Part shown: positions 45,357-56,163 of the stretch, in pieces
Numbering within the stretch: the first letter of the stretch is position 1
Layout of the letters: each line of letters opens with the position of its first letter
NCBI GenBank assembly: GCA_964252035.1
Contig: OZ176200.1
Source of the DNA: Podarcis erhardii
Taxonomy: Eukaryota
Reading direction: 5' to 3' (one strand)
DNA length: 64,000 bases
Made by a program: the position numbers and the translations under genes
Notes under the pieces: generated by a model
Database searches by the model: none
What the model was told of the DNA's origin: nothing
What the model saw: the letters and a program-made list of their open reading frames with translations, nothing else

Positions 45357-47823
45357 TATTTGTTTTCTGAAAGGTGGGGTGTGATATCACATGTTGTGTC
45401 AGCAATGGTACTTTCTCAACCCTCTGGAGCAGATTTGGAAAAGGCAGGAGCTACACTCAGGAGAAGAGGGAAAGGAAATCCCATTGTGCTGGTGGAAGTT
45501 CATTCCAACAGCAGATAGACACTACTGGATGTCACCAAAAATCTTCACATACTCCCACTCATGACCAAAGTTCAGGAGGAGCAGAGCAGTCTAAAATACC
45601 ACTCCATCAGAAGAGTAGCCATCCTAGGACTCTCAAGGGCCTTCAGTGAACCTCTCACACGAAAGGATTCATGAAATGTGGTGAAAAGAAACATCTTCTC
45701 CACAAAGCGTCTTGTGAGCCGCCATGTTTTCTCTCTCTCTTTCTTTGTCTTTTATTCAGGAGTTTCTCTTTCTGCTTCTCCTCTTTACAACAATGCACCA
45801 TAATTTGGCACGGTTGTTTTACATGCTTCAGGAACAGCCTGGCATTATGAGTAGCACGGACGCCAGAGATCAGGATTTAGTCCCACTGGCAGCACTCTGT
45901 GGAAAAGGTTCCCTGCCACCTGCCTGTACCATGTCTCCCTCAGTCTCATCAACGTGAATATCCTCCACATTAAAAAAAGAAAGAAAAGAAATTAATGGCA
46001 TAAAAGCAATACAACTTCCACCTATGAAGGACATTTTTTTTGCTATCAGTACAGACAAAGAACCAAAATTTGGAAGCTTTTGACGGGAACTGGGTCTGAA
46101 CTTCTGAGTAAATGAGAAAGTATTGAAAAGCCCTGTGTTTGTGAGCTCCTCTGAGGTAACTTTCCGCTTTGAGAGAATATTTCACAAGACATTTTATTCT
46201 TTCGAAGATGCCAAAAAATGCAAGACTTGGCACTTTAACAAAACAGAAAAACGAAAATACATAATCTTCTTAACTAGTCAGTCTTTGAGCCCAGCATCAC
46301 ATTGTTGCCATATAATAAAAAGGATTGCTTTGCAGTAATTTGAGCAGTTAAGAATTCTGTGCATGCTCAAAATCATGACATTTCAAGGACAATAAAGTTG
46401 GCTGGCTGTTAGCCATTGGCTGTACAGAGTGAGGGGAAAAACCTGTTTTGTCAGCTGGTTATTCAGACTGCATTATAAAACAAGTTTCCAAACAGACAGC
46501 CACTCTTTTTATTTCCCTAGTATGTTACTCCAAAAAATATGTACATATATTTTTAATTCAGCATCTTTATGGGGGCTTATTTAACAAATGTCAAACCCAT
46601 ACGCAAAATTCCTCAGCACAATATGGTGTTCAACTGTTCTTCTTTGTGTATGTTCAACAGAAACAATGGATGCAGAAAAGATATACTTTCAGAAGCAAAA
46701 AATTATACCTGGTTAAAGTGAAATTTTAATAAGCACAGATCAAGTTTATAAAAATAAAATAAAAAATAAAGTGGTGTGATTAGAGCTGTTTCCAAGCTAG
46801 CAAACACAACACAAGTATCCTCAAAAGAGTTCTGTTTTGTAAGTCCTGTTTCCGCACAACCTTCAATTGTGTGGTACCACCAACTGCTCTGGCATGGCTT
46901 CTTCTGCACTGACCAATAATCTCAGAAGCCCAGACTCACACAGCAGGAAAGACCACGCTGTGGTTAAGGATCTGAAATTACCTCCACAATTACTTTGGGA
47001 AGACACCACAGAATGAACTCCTCCCATGTGACCATCATGGGTATCCATGTTCAAGCTGCATGGGTAGGAATCAACCTGCAGTGGCTCCATCAGGCTGAAT
47101 GGGACCCAAGTTTATCTTCAAGGTAAGTTAACCCAGATAAGTTAATAGCCTTCAACCATTCTATTCTGTTTCCAGTTTGGTAAGATGGTAGTTTTTCTCT
47201 ACCCTGTCCTATATCAGTGCCTGTATATAGATGAAATGGAGTGTTCAAGAGAAACTCTGTGCAGATAGCATCCCCAACTCCATATGTTCAAAATCCAACT
47301 CTCAACAGACTTATGCATATACTGTAGGTCTGAAGCATACATGTAAGCTACACTGCAAAAAATGAAACATGTGGATCACATATAGGGAATACCCCATTCA
47401 TGTGTCTGCATGTGGGTCCCTGAGTAAATGGGAAAATCAGATTAGGTCCAGGAGGTGCAATCCCAATCATTTCCTATACTTATTCATTTTGCACACTCAG
47501 TGCCAGTCTGCATGGGAACACAGATGAGGTATTCCAGACTGATTACTGCAAAGTTTAAGAGTGTGGTTTTGTATACATGTCGGTCACGTTGAGAACAGGA
47601 CGCTGGACCTGATTCAGGAGGCTCACCTTATGTGGTACATTTTCCCTCTCCATCCTTGCTTGTTGCATGTGGATCCCTGCAGCTTTTAGCCATCTCTTAG
47701 CCAATTAGGAGATCTGCTTCTGGAGACGCCCGAAACCTTACTTTGCATCTTTGTCTATAGTTCTGTAATGGTTTGGAGACATGTCTTGATGACTTGTTAG
47801 GACAGGCTGTCATTCTGGAGGAT

Positions 47824-47919
47824 AAACAAAACAAATTCCTTCCAGTAGCACCTTAAAGACCAACTAAGTCAGTTCTTGGTATGAGCTTTTGTGTGCATGC
47901 ACACTTCTTCAGATACCTG
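47824..47919 (-). mobile_element. Solo Penelope-like terminal fragment with a mutated hammerhead
   Basis: 12-bp direct flanks ATTCTGGAGGAT (47812-47823, 47920-47931); matches the left arm of the 41722 palindrome except C>T at 47890. Confidence 0.85.
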
Positions 47920-48008
47920 ATTCTGGAGGATGGTATATTCAGGGGCAATGTGTGCCTAGCTCCAGGATGGGGAACCTACGATCCTCTGGAAGTTGAGAAT
48001 AACCAAGT

Positions 48009-48379
48009 GGCCGCCGAGACCATATAACACTGGTCCTGAAAGACCTGCATTGGCTCCCAGTACGTTTCCAAGCACAATTCAAAGTGTTGGTGCTGACCTT
48101 TAAAGCCCTAAACAGCCTTGACCCAGTATACCTGAAGGAGCATCTCCACCCTCATCGTTCAGCCTAAACACTGAGGTCCACCTCCAAGGGCCTTCTGGCA
48201 TTTCCCTCACTGCAAGAAGTGAGGTTAAAGGGAACCAGGCAGAGGGCCTTCTCAGTAGTGGCACCTGCCCTGTGGAACACCCTCCCATCATATGTCAAGG
48301 AAATAAACAACTATCTGACTTTTAGAAGACATCTGAAGGCAGCCCTGTTTGGGGAAGTTTTTAATGTTTGATGTTTTAT

Positions 48380-48428
<49 letters not shown>

Positions 48429-48491
48429 AATTCTGTTTGGAGCCACCCAGAGTGGCTGGGAATACCCAGCCAGATGGGCAGAGTATAAATA

Positions 48492-48569
<78 letters not shown>

Positions 48570-48570
48570 C
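48009..48570 (+). mobile_element. L2 LINE 3' end with compound (GTT)n, (TTA)n and (CTA)n microsatellites
   Basis: Translates GRRDHITLVLKDLHWLPVRFQAQFKVLVLTFKALNSL (L2 C-terminal LHWLP motif); (GTT)n ~48383-48428; (TTA)n(CTA)n ~48494-48570. Confidence 0.9.
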
Positions 48571-49534
48571 ATTTGAAGGCTGTTGCCTCCATCATCTTCT
48601 GTCCACGTGCACCCAGGCCTAGCATTTAAAGGAGAGAAAGGAGGCTGGATCAGAATGGTGTTTTATTACCTCTCAGTCCCCTGAGGGGTGTGGGAGGGGG
48701 TGCTATTTTTGAACTAGGGCATGCAGTCTTTTTCTTAATTAAATTTCAGAGTGCCTGAATGAATAGCAGAGACCGGATTAAATAATAGACACTCGTTATC
48801 CTGTTTCACAATGCGGCCTTCTTTGAAGTCAACATGGTCTCATCGACACAATGGCTAATTGCACTCTTGCCTCTTTTTACATGTGGGCAGCGTTGGACGG
48901 GGTGGGGGGTGGGGGCTGTGTTTTGCCAGACAGTAAGTGCGGCTGCAAAGCAAATAAATACAGGTGAGCAAATTTTGTCCGAAAGAGTTTGGCCTTTCTC
49001 GAGCTTGAAGGTTAATAGATTACAAAATGATTGCAGCAAAAATTGAAGCCTGTCTATTGGGAGGCTTGTTTTTTTGTCTTTCCCTACAAGCAGTCAACTG
49101 ACAGTCATGCCTTCACTTCTCATTTCAAGGAGGCAACCGACTTCATTGACTTGATTTTCCACATAACCGTCGATCCCTTATGGTTCTTGTTGACTAGGTT
49201 TTATAAAAATGAAAGTTATCAGCAGTAAACTTGACCCTGCTGATCCTTGAAATTTATTTATTTATTTGTGGAAGGGGCAGACAGTCAAGGGAAATTAAAC
49301 TGAAGCAGCTGATGTTTCGTCTAATAATACAGCACCAATATAAAAAAAGAAAGAGAGAGAGAGAAGAAAATCTGAAGGGCAGTCTAACAGCACACTTTCA
49401 AACTGTAAAGAAGGCCTCCTGCCTTTTAATAGGAAAGACTTTGGGTTGCCAGGGCAAAGAAAGTTTTCCCAGCCATTTGGAGGAAGAAAAGAGGAAGAAC
49501 CAACTTGAAACAAAGACATCTTATTTCCTGGTCT

Positions 49535-49628
49535 AACCATACAATCTTTTACATGCCTACTCAGAAGTAAATCCCACTGAGTTGTAATGAGATTCATTCC
49601 CACCTAAGAAAGTGCTGGATTGCAGCCT
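49535..49628. repeat. Short hairpin-type interspersed repeat (~90 bp family)
   Basis: CTACTCAGAAGTAAATCCCACTGAG...GGATTGCAGCC; reverse complement of the 16570 type. Confidence 0.5.
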
Positions 49629-49713
49629 AAGCTATATATAAGTCATAGTTTTTTGCCTGTATTTTACCTGCTTTAAATTTAGTGTCCCAAATCTGGATTT
49701 ATTTTGGACATGG

Positions 49714-50057
49714 CAGACCCTCCAAGTGTCCCTATTTTCTAGGGACATCCCTGATTTAGAGAAGCCATCCCGGTTTCTGATTTGATCCCAGAATATCCCA
49801 CTTTTCCTTAGGATGTCCCTACTTTCACTGGAGAAATGTTGGACTGTATGGAGTTATCCGACCCCCGAGCCATCTGAAGGCAATCCTGTATAGGGAAGGA
49901 GTTTTTTTATGTTTAATGTTTGATTGTGTTTTTATATATGTTGGAAGCTGCCCAGAGTGGCTGGGTAATCCCAGTAAGACGTGTGGCATATAAATAGTAA
50001 AGTTATCATTATGGAATGGGACGTCCCTATTTCATTGGAGAAATGTCGGAGGGTATG
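49714..50057. mobile_element. MITE-like element containing an L2 3' UTR segment
   Basis: Termini CAGACCCTCCAAG / TCGGAGGGTATG; 6-bp direct flanks ACATGG (49708-49713, 50058-50063); internal repeats of GTCCCTATTTTC. Confidence 0.7.
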
Positions 50058-50267
50058 ACATGGAAGTAAACTGGAGCTTTGCCATAAGAATTGCTGTGTA
50101 CATGACGTGAAGATTCATTACAAAGATATTCAGAAGCAAAAATGACGGAATCAGCTTTCATTTCATTACAGGTTTAGGGGGCTGCTGTAAGGACAATAGG
50201 AGACACCTGTCAGTGATGCACGTTTTGCATCTGATTGGACCCTGATGGAACTATAATGTTCAACAAA

Positions 50268-50447
50268 GAAAGCTGCTGTATTTACCGAGTCCATCTAGCC
50301 CAATAATGTCTACACTGACTGGCAGTAGATCTCCAAGATCTCTAATAGGAGTGAGTGGTTCCTTTTTCATCTCTACCAGAGACGCCAGGGAATAAACCTT
50401 GGATCTTCTTCATGGAAAACATATGTAGAGTCACTGAGCAGGGACCT
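50268..50447 (-). mobile_element. Degenerate tRNA-derived SINE (3120 family)
   Basis: GAAAGCTGC...GTCCATCTAGCCCAATAATGTCTACACTGACTGGCAG...GAGACGCCAGGGAATAAACCTTGGATCTTC. Confidence 0.55.
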
Positions 50448-50547
50448 TACATGTATGATGGAATATAACCATCTCTCATCTCAACAAGGAGATGAAACTA
50501 TTCTTGTGGGCAAAACAGGTTGTAGCAAAAATAAATAAATGGAAGGG

Positions 50548-51052
50548 TGTCAGGCGTCAGGGAATCTGATCCCAACACGGCAGGCTGCCAGGGACAGATG
50601 GACAAGAAAAGCTCTTACCAAAGTCTTTTATTCAGTATTCACAGAGAGAGGCTTACAAAGGCAGCCTCTTGGAGTAATGACATTGTTTAGAGTAATCTCC
50701 CCCCCCCCCTTTCCCTTCTCAATCGTCAACAGCACCACCTCTGTTACGGTACCTGCTTAAGGCCAATTGCCTCTTAGCACTATGCTCTCCTACTTTCACT
50801 GCTCGCCAGGTTCTGGGAGAAGGAGTGTCTGGAATGCTTTCTAGTGATAACATGTCAGCCAGCTGCTCTGGCTCTGCTTCTCCCCTCCCCTCCTCTTCTC
50901 CCATTATTTCCCAGCTTTGTCCCTCATCTATCTCTGAGCCGTGACCTTCTGCAAACCACTGTTGTATATCTATACTGTCTTCCTCTTCTGTGGGAGGTTC
51001 AGGAGGAGGGTGAGGCAGCCTCCACCATGCCTCCTCAGTCCAGACCCTGACA
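50548..51052 (-). mobile_element. LTR-like element, copy B (505 bp)
   Basis: TG...CA ends with a perfect 7-bp inverted repeat TGTCAGG / CCTGACA; AATAAA on the minus strand at 50627-50632; no TSD found. Confidence 0.65.
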
Positions 51053-52280
51053 TTTGGGCAGCTTTGTTTAAAAGTGTTATTCCCTTACAACATTCAGCAA
51101 CATCCACAGGCAAAAAACAAAAACCAGACACACATAGACTTGGATTTTTACTACTCTCTTTCCACCGACCCGCCAGACATTTCCTCTTCAAGAAATCACC
51201 TTTTCAGAATTCCTAGCAGCAATCATGAGAAGTGAGTCCAGAAACCTAGACACTGAGAAAGGCCTATGCCCAGTCCAGTTTGGGCTTATGTGCTTCAGAC
51301 TCAGAATGCATACACACCATACATTTAAAGCACATTTAAAGCATGTGCTTTTGTCCAATGAATCCTGGGAACTGTAGCTCTGTGAAGGGGCCTCCTAACA
51401 ACCCATAGGATTTTTAATGAGTCACTGTTCCCAGGATTCTTTGGGGGGAAGTCATGTGCTTTATATGTGCTTTTAAATTTATCTAGCCAGAAGGATAGGG
51501 AGCATCTATCGTCTATGCTCCATCAAATAAACTGACATCTCTGGGAGATAAGGAAACTATCATTTAGGAAAGAAATCAGGGGGGCAGGATTGGAAAAAGT
51601 AGGAAAGGTATAGCAGCAGGCCTCTTTGAAGCCCATCACATGCTTTGAGGACACCCCTTAGGGACACCTAAAAATGGAATGTAAGGTTATTAACTGTTGC
51701 TCAAGCACAAATAGAGAAGCGGTCAATGACGCCATTTGAGCAGAGCTTTGCTCTGTGTGCTGCACTGTCTTCAGACCTGCACCCATCCCACAAATGCAAG
51801 TATAGGCCTAGTATGAAGATGGGCTGTTGCAGTCACGATTTCATGAGAGAAATGTCTGGAGGATCTACCAACAAAAGCTAGCTTCCCTACTTCCCAATTT
51901 ATCATGTGGCTTAGAATTTCAACCTGCATGCAATTATGCATTAGTTCTTAATTGCTCATTGACCCTCAGTTACTATAAACTTCCTGTAAATTAATTACAT
52001 TAGAAGAACCCATGGTGGGAGGGGAGCTGCCACTGCAGAATGATTTGATAATGATTTGTATGGCTTATGATCCCATTACACAAGCACGAGTGTCGAAGTA
52101 TTCTCTTCATTCAAGAGCAACATCAGCATATGAGGATCGCTGAGGCAAGCAGGGATGAGGGGAGGGAGCAAAAGACCACGTGCAACCAAAGGACGCTTCC
52201 TAAAATCTGGAAGCACAGAGTTACAGTGGCTTCGCTCCTATCTTACTAGCAAATTCCAGAAGGTACTGCTGTCTACTGCA

Positions 52281-52282
52281 CT

Positions 52283-52318
<36 letters not shown>

Positions 52319-52319
52319 T
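52281..52319. repeat. (TTTC)n microsatellite at the tail of a decayed minus-strand LINE 3' end
   Basis: Direct reading; followed by ATTTATATACCACCCC...GGCAGTTCACA. Confidence 0.85.
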
Positions 52320-52400
52320 GATTTATTTGATTTATATACCACCCCACATCATAAGATCCCGGGGCAGTTCACAGAATAAAATGCAGGATAAAAACAAGTA

Positions 52401-52626
52401 CAGTGGTACCTCGGGTTACATACACTTCAGGTTACAGACTCCGCTAACCCAAAAATAGTGCCTCAGGTTAAGAACTTTGTTTCAGGATGAGAACAGAAAT
52501 TGTGCTCCGGCGGCACGGCAGCAGCAGGAGGCCCCATTAGCTAAAGTGGTGCTTCAGGTTAAGAACAGTTTCAGGTTAAGAACGGTCCTCCAGAATGAAT
52601 TAAGTACTTAACCCGAGGTACCACTG
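52401..52626. mobile_element. Tc1/mariner (Tigger-like) MITE
   Basis: TA flanks (52399-52400, 52627-52628); perfect 18-bp terminal inverted repeat CAGTGGTACCTCGGGTTA; internal CAGGTTA repeats. Confidence 0.95.
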
Positions 52627-52767
52627 TAAATAAATGAAACGAAATAGCAAAACAATAACCCCTCCCCTTTCTACATGTCCATTACTATAATACTTGTCCT
52701 TCATGCTATTTAACATCTAATGAAACTACTGGGAATGGTCACTCAGGGGTTTGGGTTGTGTTCATTG

Positions 52768-52857
52768 GGGTAGCCAGCATGGTGCCCTCCAAATCTCACT
52801 GGTTACTGGGGTGGGATGATGGGAGGTGTAGTCATTCAATATTTGAAGGTCTTCCCT
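52768..52857. repeat. Short palindromic MITE-like repeat (~125 bp family), partial
   Basis: GGGTAGCCAGCATGGTGCCCTCCA...GGATGATGGGAGGTGTAGTC. Confidence 0.45.
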
Positions 52858-52873
52858 TGATGTAGATGATACC

Positions 52874-53001
52874 CAGTGATTTTTTTGGGGGGGACGACAC
52901 GGGGGTACTCATACCCCTAAACATTTTGTGCATCTAGATTTGGCCTCATTGAGGGGTAAGCTCAGTATGAGTAGGAAAATGAGAGTACCCCTAAACATTT
53001 T
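52874..53001. mobile_element. hAT-like non-autonomous element fragment
   Basis: CAGTGATTTTTTT...TACCCCTAAACATTTT twice; related to 39670. Confidence 0.65.
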
Positions 53002-53221
53002 AACCTAACCTAGCTGTAGCTGTGAATACCCTGCTGAAGAGTTTGGAGGCAGTCATGGGCTGCATAGTAGTCTTATAATCTGATGTTTAATTGGGACAAT
53101 ATGGAGGCTGGGAATCCATCTCAGCTTATATGTGGGGTTTGGCCTGTATTTGATGGGAATAGCTTTCCCTCTTAAAACACCAGTGCCACACTTTGGGCAC
53201 TCAAATTTCAGTGGTGCCTTA

Positions 53222-53580
53222 AAAAGGTAAAGGGTAAAGTGATCCCTGACCATTAGGTCCAGTCGTGCCCGACTCTGGGGTTGCGGCGCTTATCTCACTT
53301 TATTGGCCGAGGGAGCTGGCGTACAGCTTCCGGGTCATGTGGTTAGCATGACAAAGCCGCTTCTAGCGAACCAGAGCAGCGCACGGAAACGCCGTTTACC
53401 TTCCCGCCGGAGCAGTACCTATTTATCTACTTGCACTTTGACGTGCTTTCGAACTGCTAGGTTGGCAGGAGCAGGGACCGAGCAACGGGAGCTCACCCCG
53501 TCGTGGGGATTCGAACTGCCGACCTTCTGATCGTCAAGTCCTAGGCTCTGTGGTTTAACCCACAGCGCCACCCGTGTCCC
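53222..53580 (-). mobile_element. Sauria SINE, full length
   Basis: The minus strand starts GGGACACGGGTGGCGCTGTGGGTTAAACC with an intact B box GTTCGAATCC; flanks TGCCTTA (53215-53221, 53582-53588). Confidence 0.97.
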
Positions 53581-55140
53581 ATGCCTTATGCGATACTAAA
53601 ATCCCTCCCCCCTTGTTCTACAGCATTGTTTTGGTGCCCCCTGCAGGGCGGCATCCAGGGTGACCACACCAGTTGTGCTACCCTAAAACCGCCTCTTCTG
53701 GTGGCTAGTAGCCCAGTTGCATGAAGTGTATTTTATTACTTTGGCTTGTTGCACAGATGCTCGCCTTCCAGAAGAAGATTATATTGCCTCATTTATCCAC
53801 GTTTTCATATCATCTGCACTTAATTGTTGCGATGCATTACACTGAGGACGGAAACTGTCTGGAAACTTCAGCTGGTTCAGAATACAGCCACTCAGCTGTT
53901 AAACTGGCAGTCACAGTGAAGAACGTTATTTCTCTAAAAAAACAACCTTTTGTTTCTGGGTTTATTTCAAAGTGACCTGCCAAGGAATGGGAATATGTAA
54001 AGTAAAAGCCACCCTCAACTTATTTCCTCTGTCGTAATAGCAGAAATATGTTGTTAAGTAGTGGTTCATCTCCAGCAATGACTTCACTATAAACCTCTGG
54101 AATGTAATGCATTTGTAGGGGTGTGTGTGTGAGAGAGAGAGAAAGAGAGAGAGCCGGCGGGGGGGGGGGGGAGGGAGAGAAAAAGAGATAGGGTAATAAG
54201 AAAGGTTTAGGAGTTTTGTGCAGTATTGTACAGTTCATAAATCCACACCTTGAACAGTCAGAAAAGACGGAAGTATCACAGCTCTTGTAAATCACTCTGC
54301 TCAAGAGTTCAATAGATTAACTCTCCAGTCATCCCAGGTCTTTTAAAGGGCTTTTTCTCTTTTTATTATCCAATTAGCTCTACATGTTAATAAGAAATTT
54401 TCTTTCTTATAAAACTGTGCAAATTTCTTTCCGTGCCTGGGGTGATATAAATAGACCTTTTCACATATAATTTCAGTGCCCCGGGACTGATTTGTGGGTA
54501 TATATTGCTGCTTGGGAACATTATAATTTACAGGTGATTGTTTGGAGGAGTTCAAATTACCAGCACTCATATATATGGATATATAAATAAAAAAATGAAG
54601 CTCCTCAAGAGATTCTGCACAAACAGTTTGCTTGGACAGGAAAAGAGTTCTCAATAAAAACGTGTATATATATGTATACGTATATACACACACACACCTC
54701 TGCATAAAGTATTGATAGATTATTTCAGTCCTTCATTTCTATTTCAGCATTTCTGAACCATTTCCTCTAACATTTTATCTCCTCCCCCCGCTCCCATCAT
54801 CGTATAAATCCTCATATATCTCAGTCTCTATGGAATCAGGCCATTCCACAGTTTGAAAAGGGGAAACCGAATCTAGGCTAGAGAAACTGGGTTTGTCCGT
54901 GGGGTTTGATTACTTACTGCAAAACCGCCTGTAAGAAGAAAAGATTGGTGTGCAGGTCAATCCGAAACCCTGATCTTCCTTGCTACATAGAGAAAATGTG
55001 TCCCTCTGCTCAGCCCCGCCCAGTTCCACCAGCAGGAACTGCATCAGCACCAGCAGGAAAGCCATGTCAGAGAACCCCAATGTACCCAGGCAAATAGCGG
55101 ATCGAAGCAATCACCAGCAGTATTATTGATGTTTCATATT

Positions 55141-55490
55141 AAGGTAAAGGGACCCCTGACCATTAGGCCCAGTTGTGACCAACTCTGGGGTTGCGGTGCT
55201 CATCTCGCTTTATTGGACGAGGGAACCGGCGTACAGCTTCCATGTTATGTGGCCAGCATGACTAAGCCACTTCTGGTGAACCAGAGCAGTGCACGGAAAC
55301 GCCGTTTACCTTCCCACCGGAGCGGTACCTATTTATCTACTTGCACTTTGACGTGCTTTCGAACTGCTAAGTTGGCAGGAGCAGGGACCGAGCAATGGGA
55401 GCTCACCCCGTCGTAGGGATTCGAACTGCCGACCTTCTGATCGGCAAGCCCTAGGCTCTGTGGTTTAACCCACAGTGCCACCCGCGTCCC
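55141..55490 (-). mobile_element. Sauria SINE, full length
   Basis: The minus strand starts GGGACGCGGGTGGCACTGTGGG; 11-bp flanks TGATGTTTCAT (55127-55137, 55491-55501). Confidence 0.97.
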
Positions 55491-55694
55491 TGATGTTTCA
55501 TGTATTGGAGATTTTATTTATGTTTTCAATATTGCATATTGTTGTAAGCAGCTTTGAGACCTACATGGTGGGGGGGAAAGAGGAATACGTGTTCAAATAA
55601 ATAAATGGTAAATAAGTATCCTTGCTGGCAATAGTGGGAATCCCACCAAGTGGGGCATCTGAGGAGCCTGGAGGGATCACGGCCAGCAGTGATT

Positions 55695-55910
55695 TGTGAG
55701 AGCCATGATGGCTATGCTCTGCCTTCACAGTGGGAGGCAGCAATGCTTCTGAATGCCAGTTGCCAGCAGCAGGAGGAGGGGAAAGGGCTGTTGTGCTCAG
55801 GTCCTGTTTGCAAGTTTCCCACAGGCATCTGGTTGGTCACTGTGAGAACAGAATGTTGGACAAGATGAGTCTTTGGCCTGATCCAACGGGCCCCTTCTTA
55901 CGTTCTTGTG
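55695..55910 (+). mobile_element. CR1 LINE 3' end fragment
   Basis: GCCATGATGGCTATGCTCTGCC...CAGGCATCTGGTTGGTCACTGTGAGAACAGAATGTTGGAC...CTTCTTACGTTCTT; same family as 34595. Confidence 0.7.
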
Positions 55911-56163
55911 CAGGGGTCAGCAACCTTTTTCAGCAGGGGGCTGGTCCACTGTGCCTCAGACCTTGCGGGGGGGAGAGACTATATTTTGAAGGGGGGGAAA
56001 TGAACGAATTCCTGTGCCCCACAAATAACCCAGAGATGCATTTTAAATAAAAGCATACATTCTACTCATTGAAAAACACACTGATTCCCGGACCGTCCAT
56101 GGGCCGGATTGAGAAGGTGATCGGGCCAGATCTGGCTCCCAGGCCTTAGTTTGCCTACCCATG
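55911..56163. mobile_element. hAT (Charlie-like) MITE
   Basis: Termini CAGGGGTCAGCAA / TTGCCTACCCATG; identical 8-bp flanks TTCTTGTG (55903-55910, 56164-56171). Confidence 0.88.

Noticed and set aside
48288-48622. Poly-V/I/N and poly-L ORFs
   Set aside because: These are translations of the (GTT)n, (TTA)n and (CTA)n microsatellites.
55045-55066. TCAGCACC as a REST/NRSE site (also near 61775)
   Set aside because: Only the left half-site matches, and the GGACAG half is absent.
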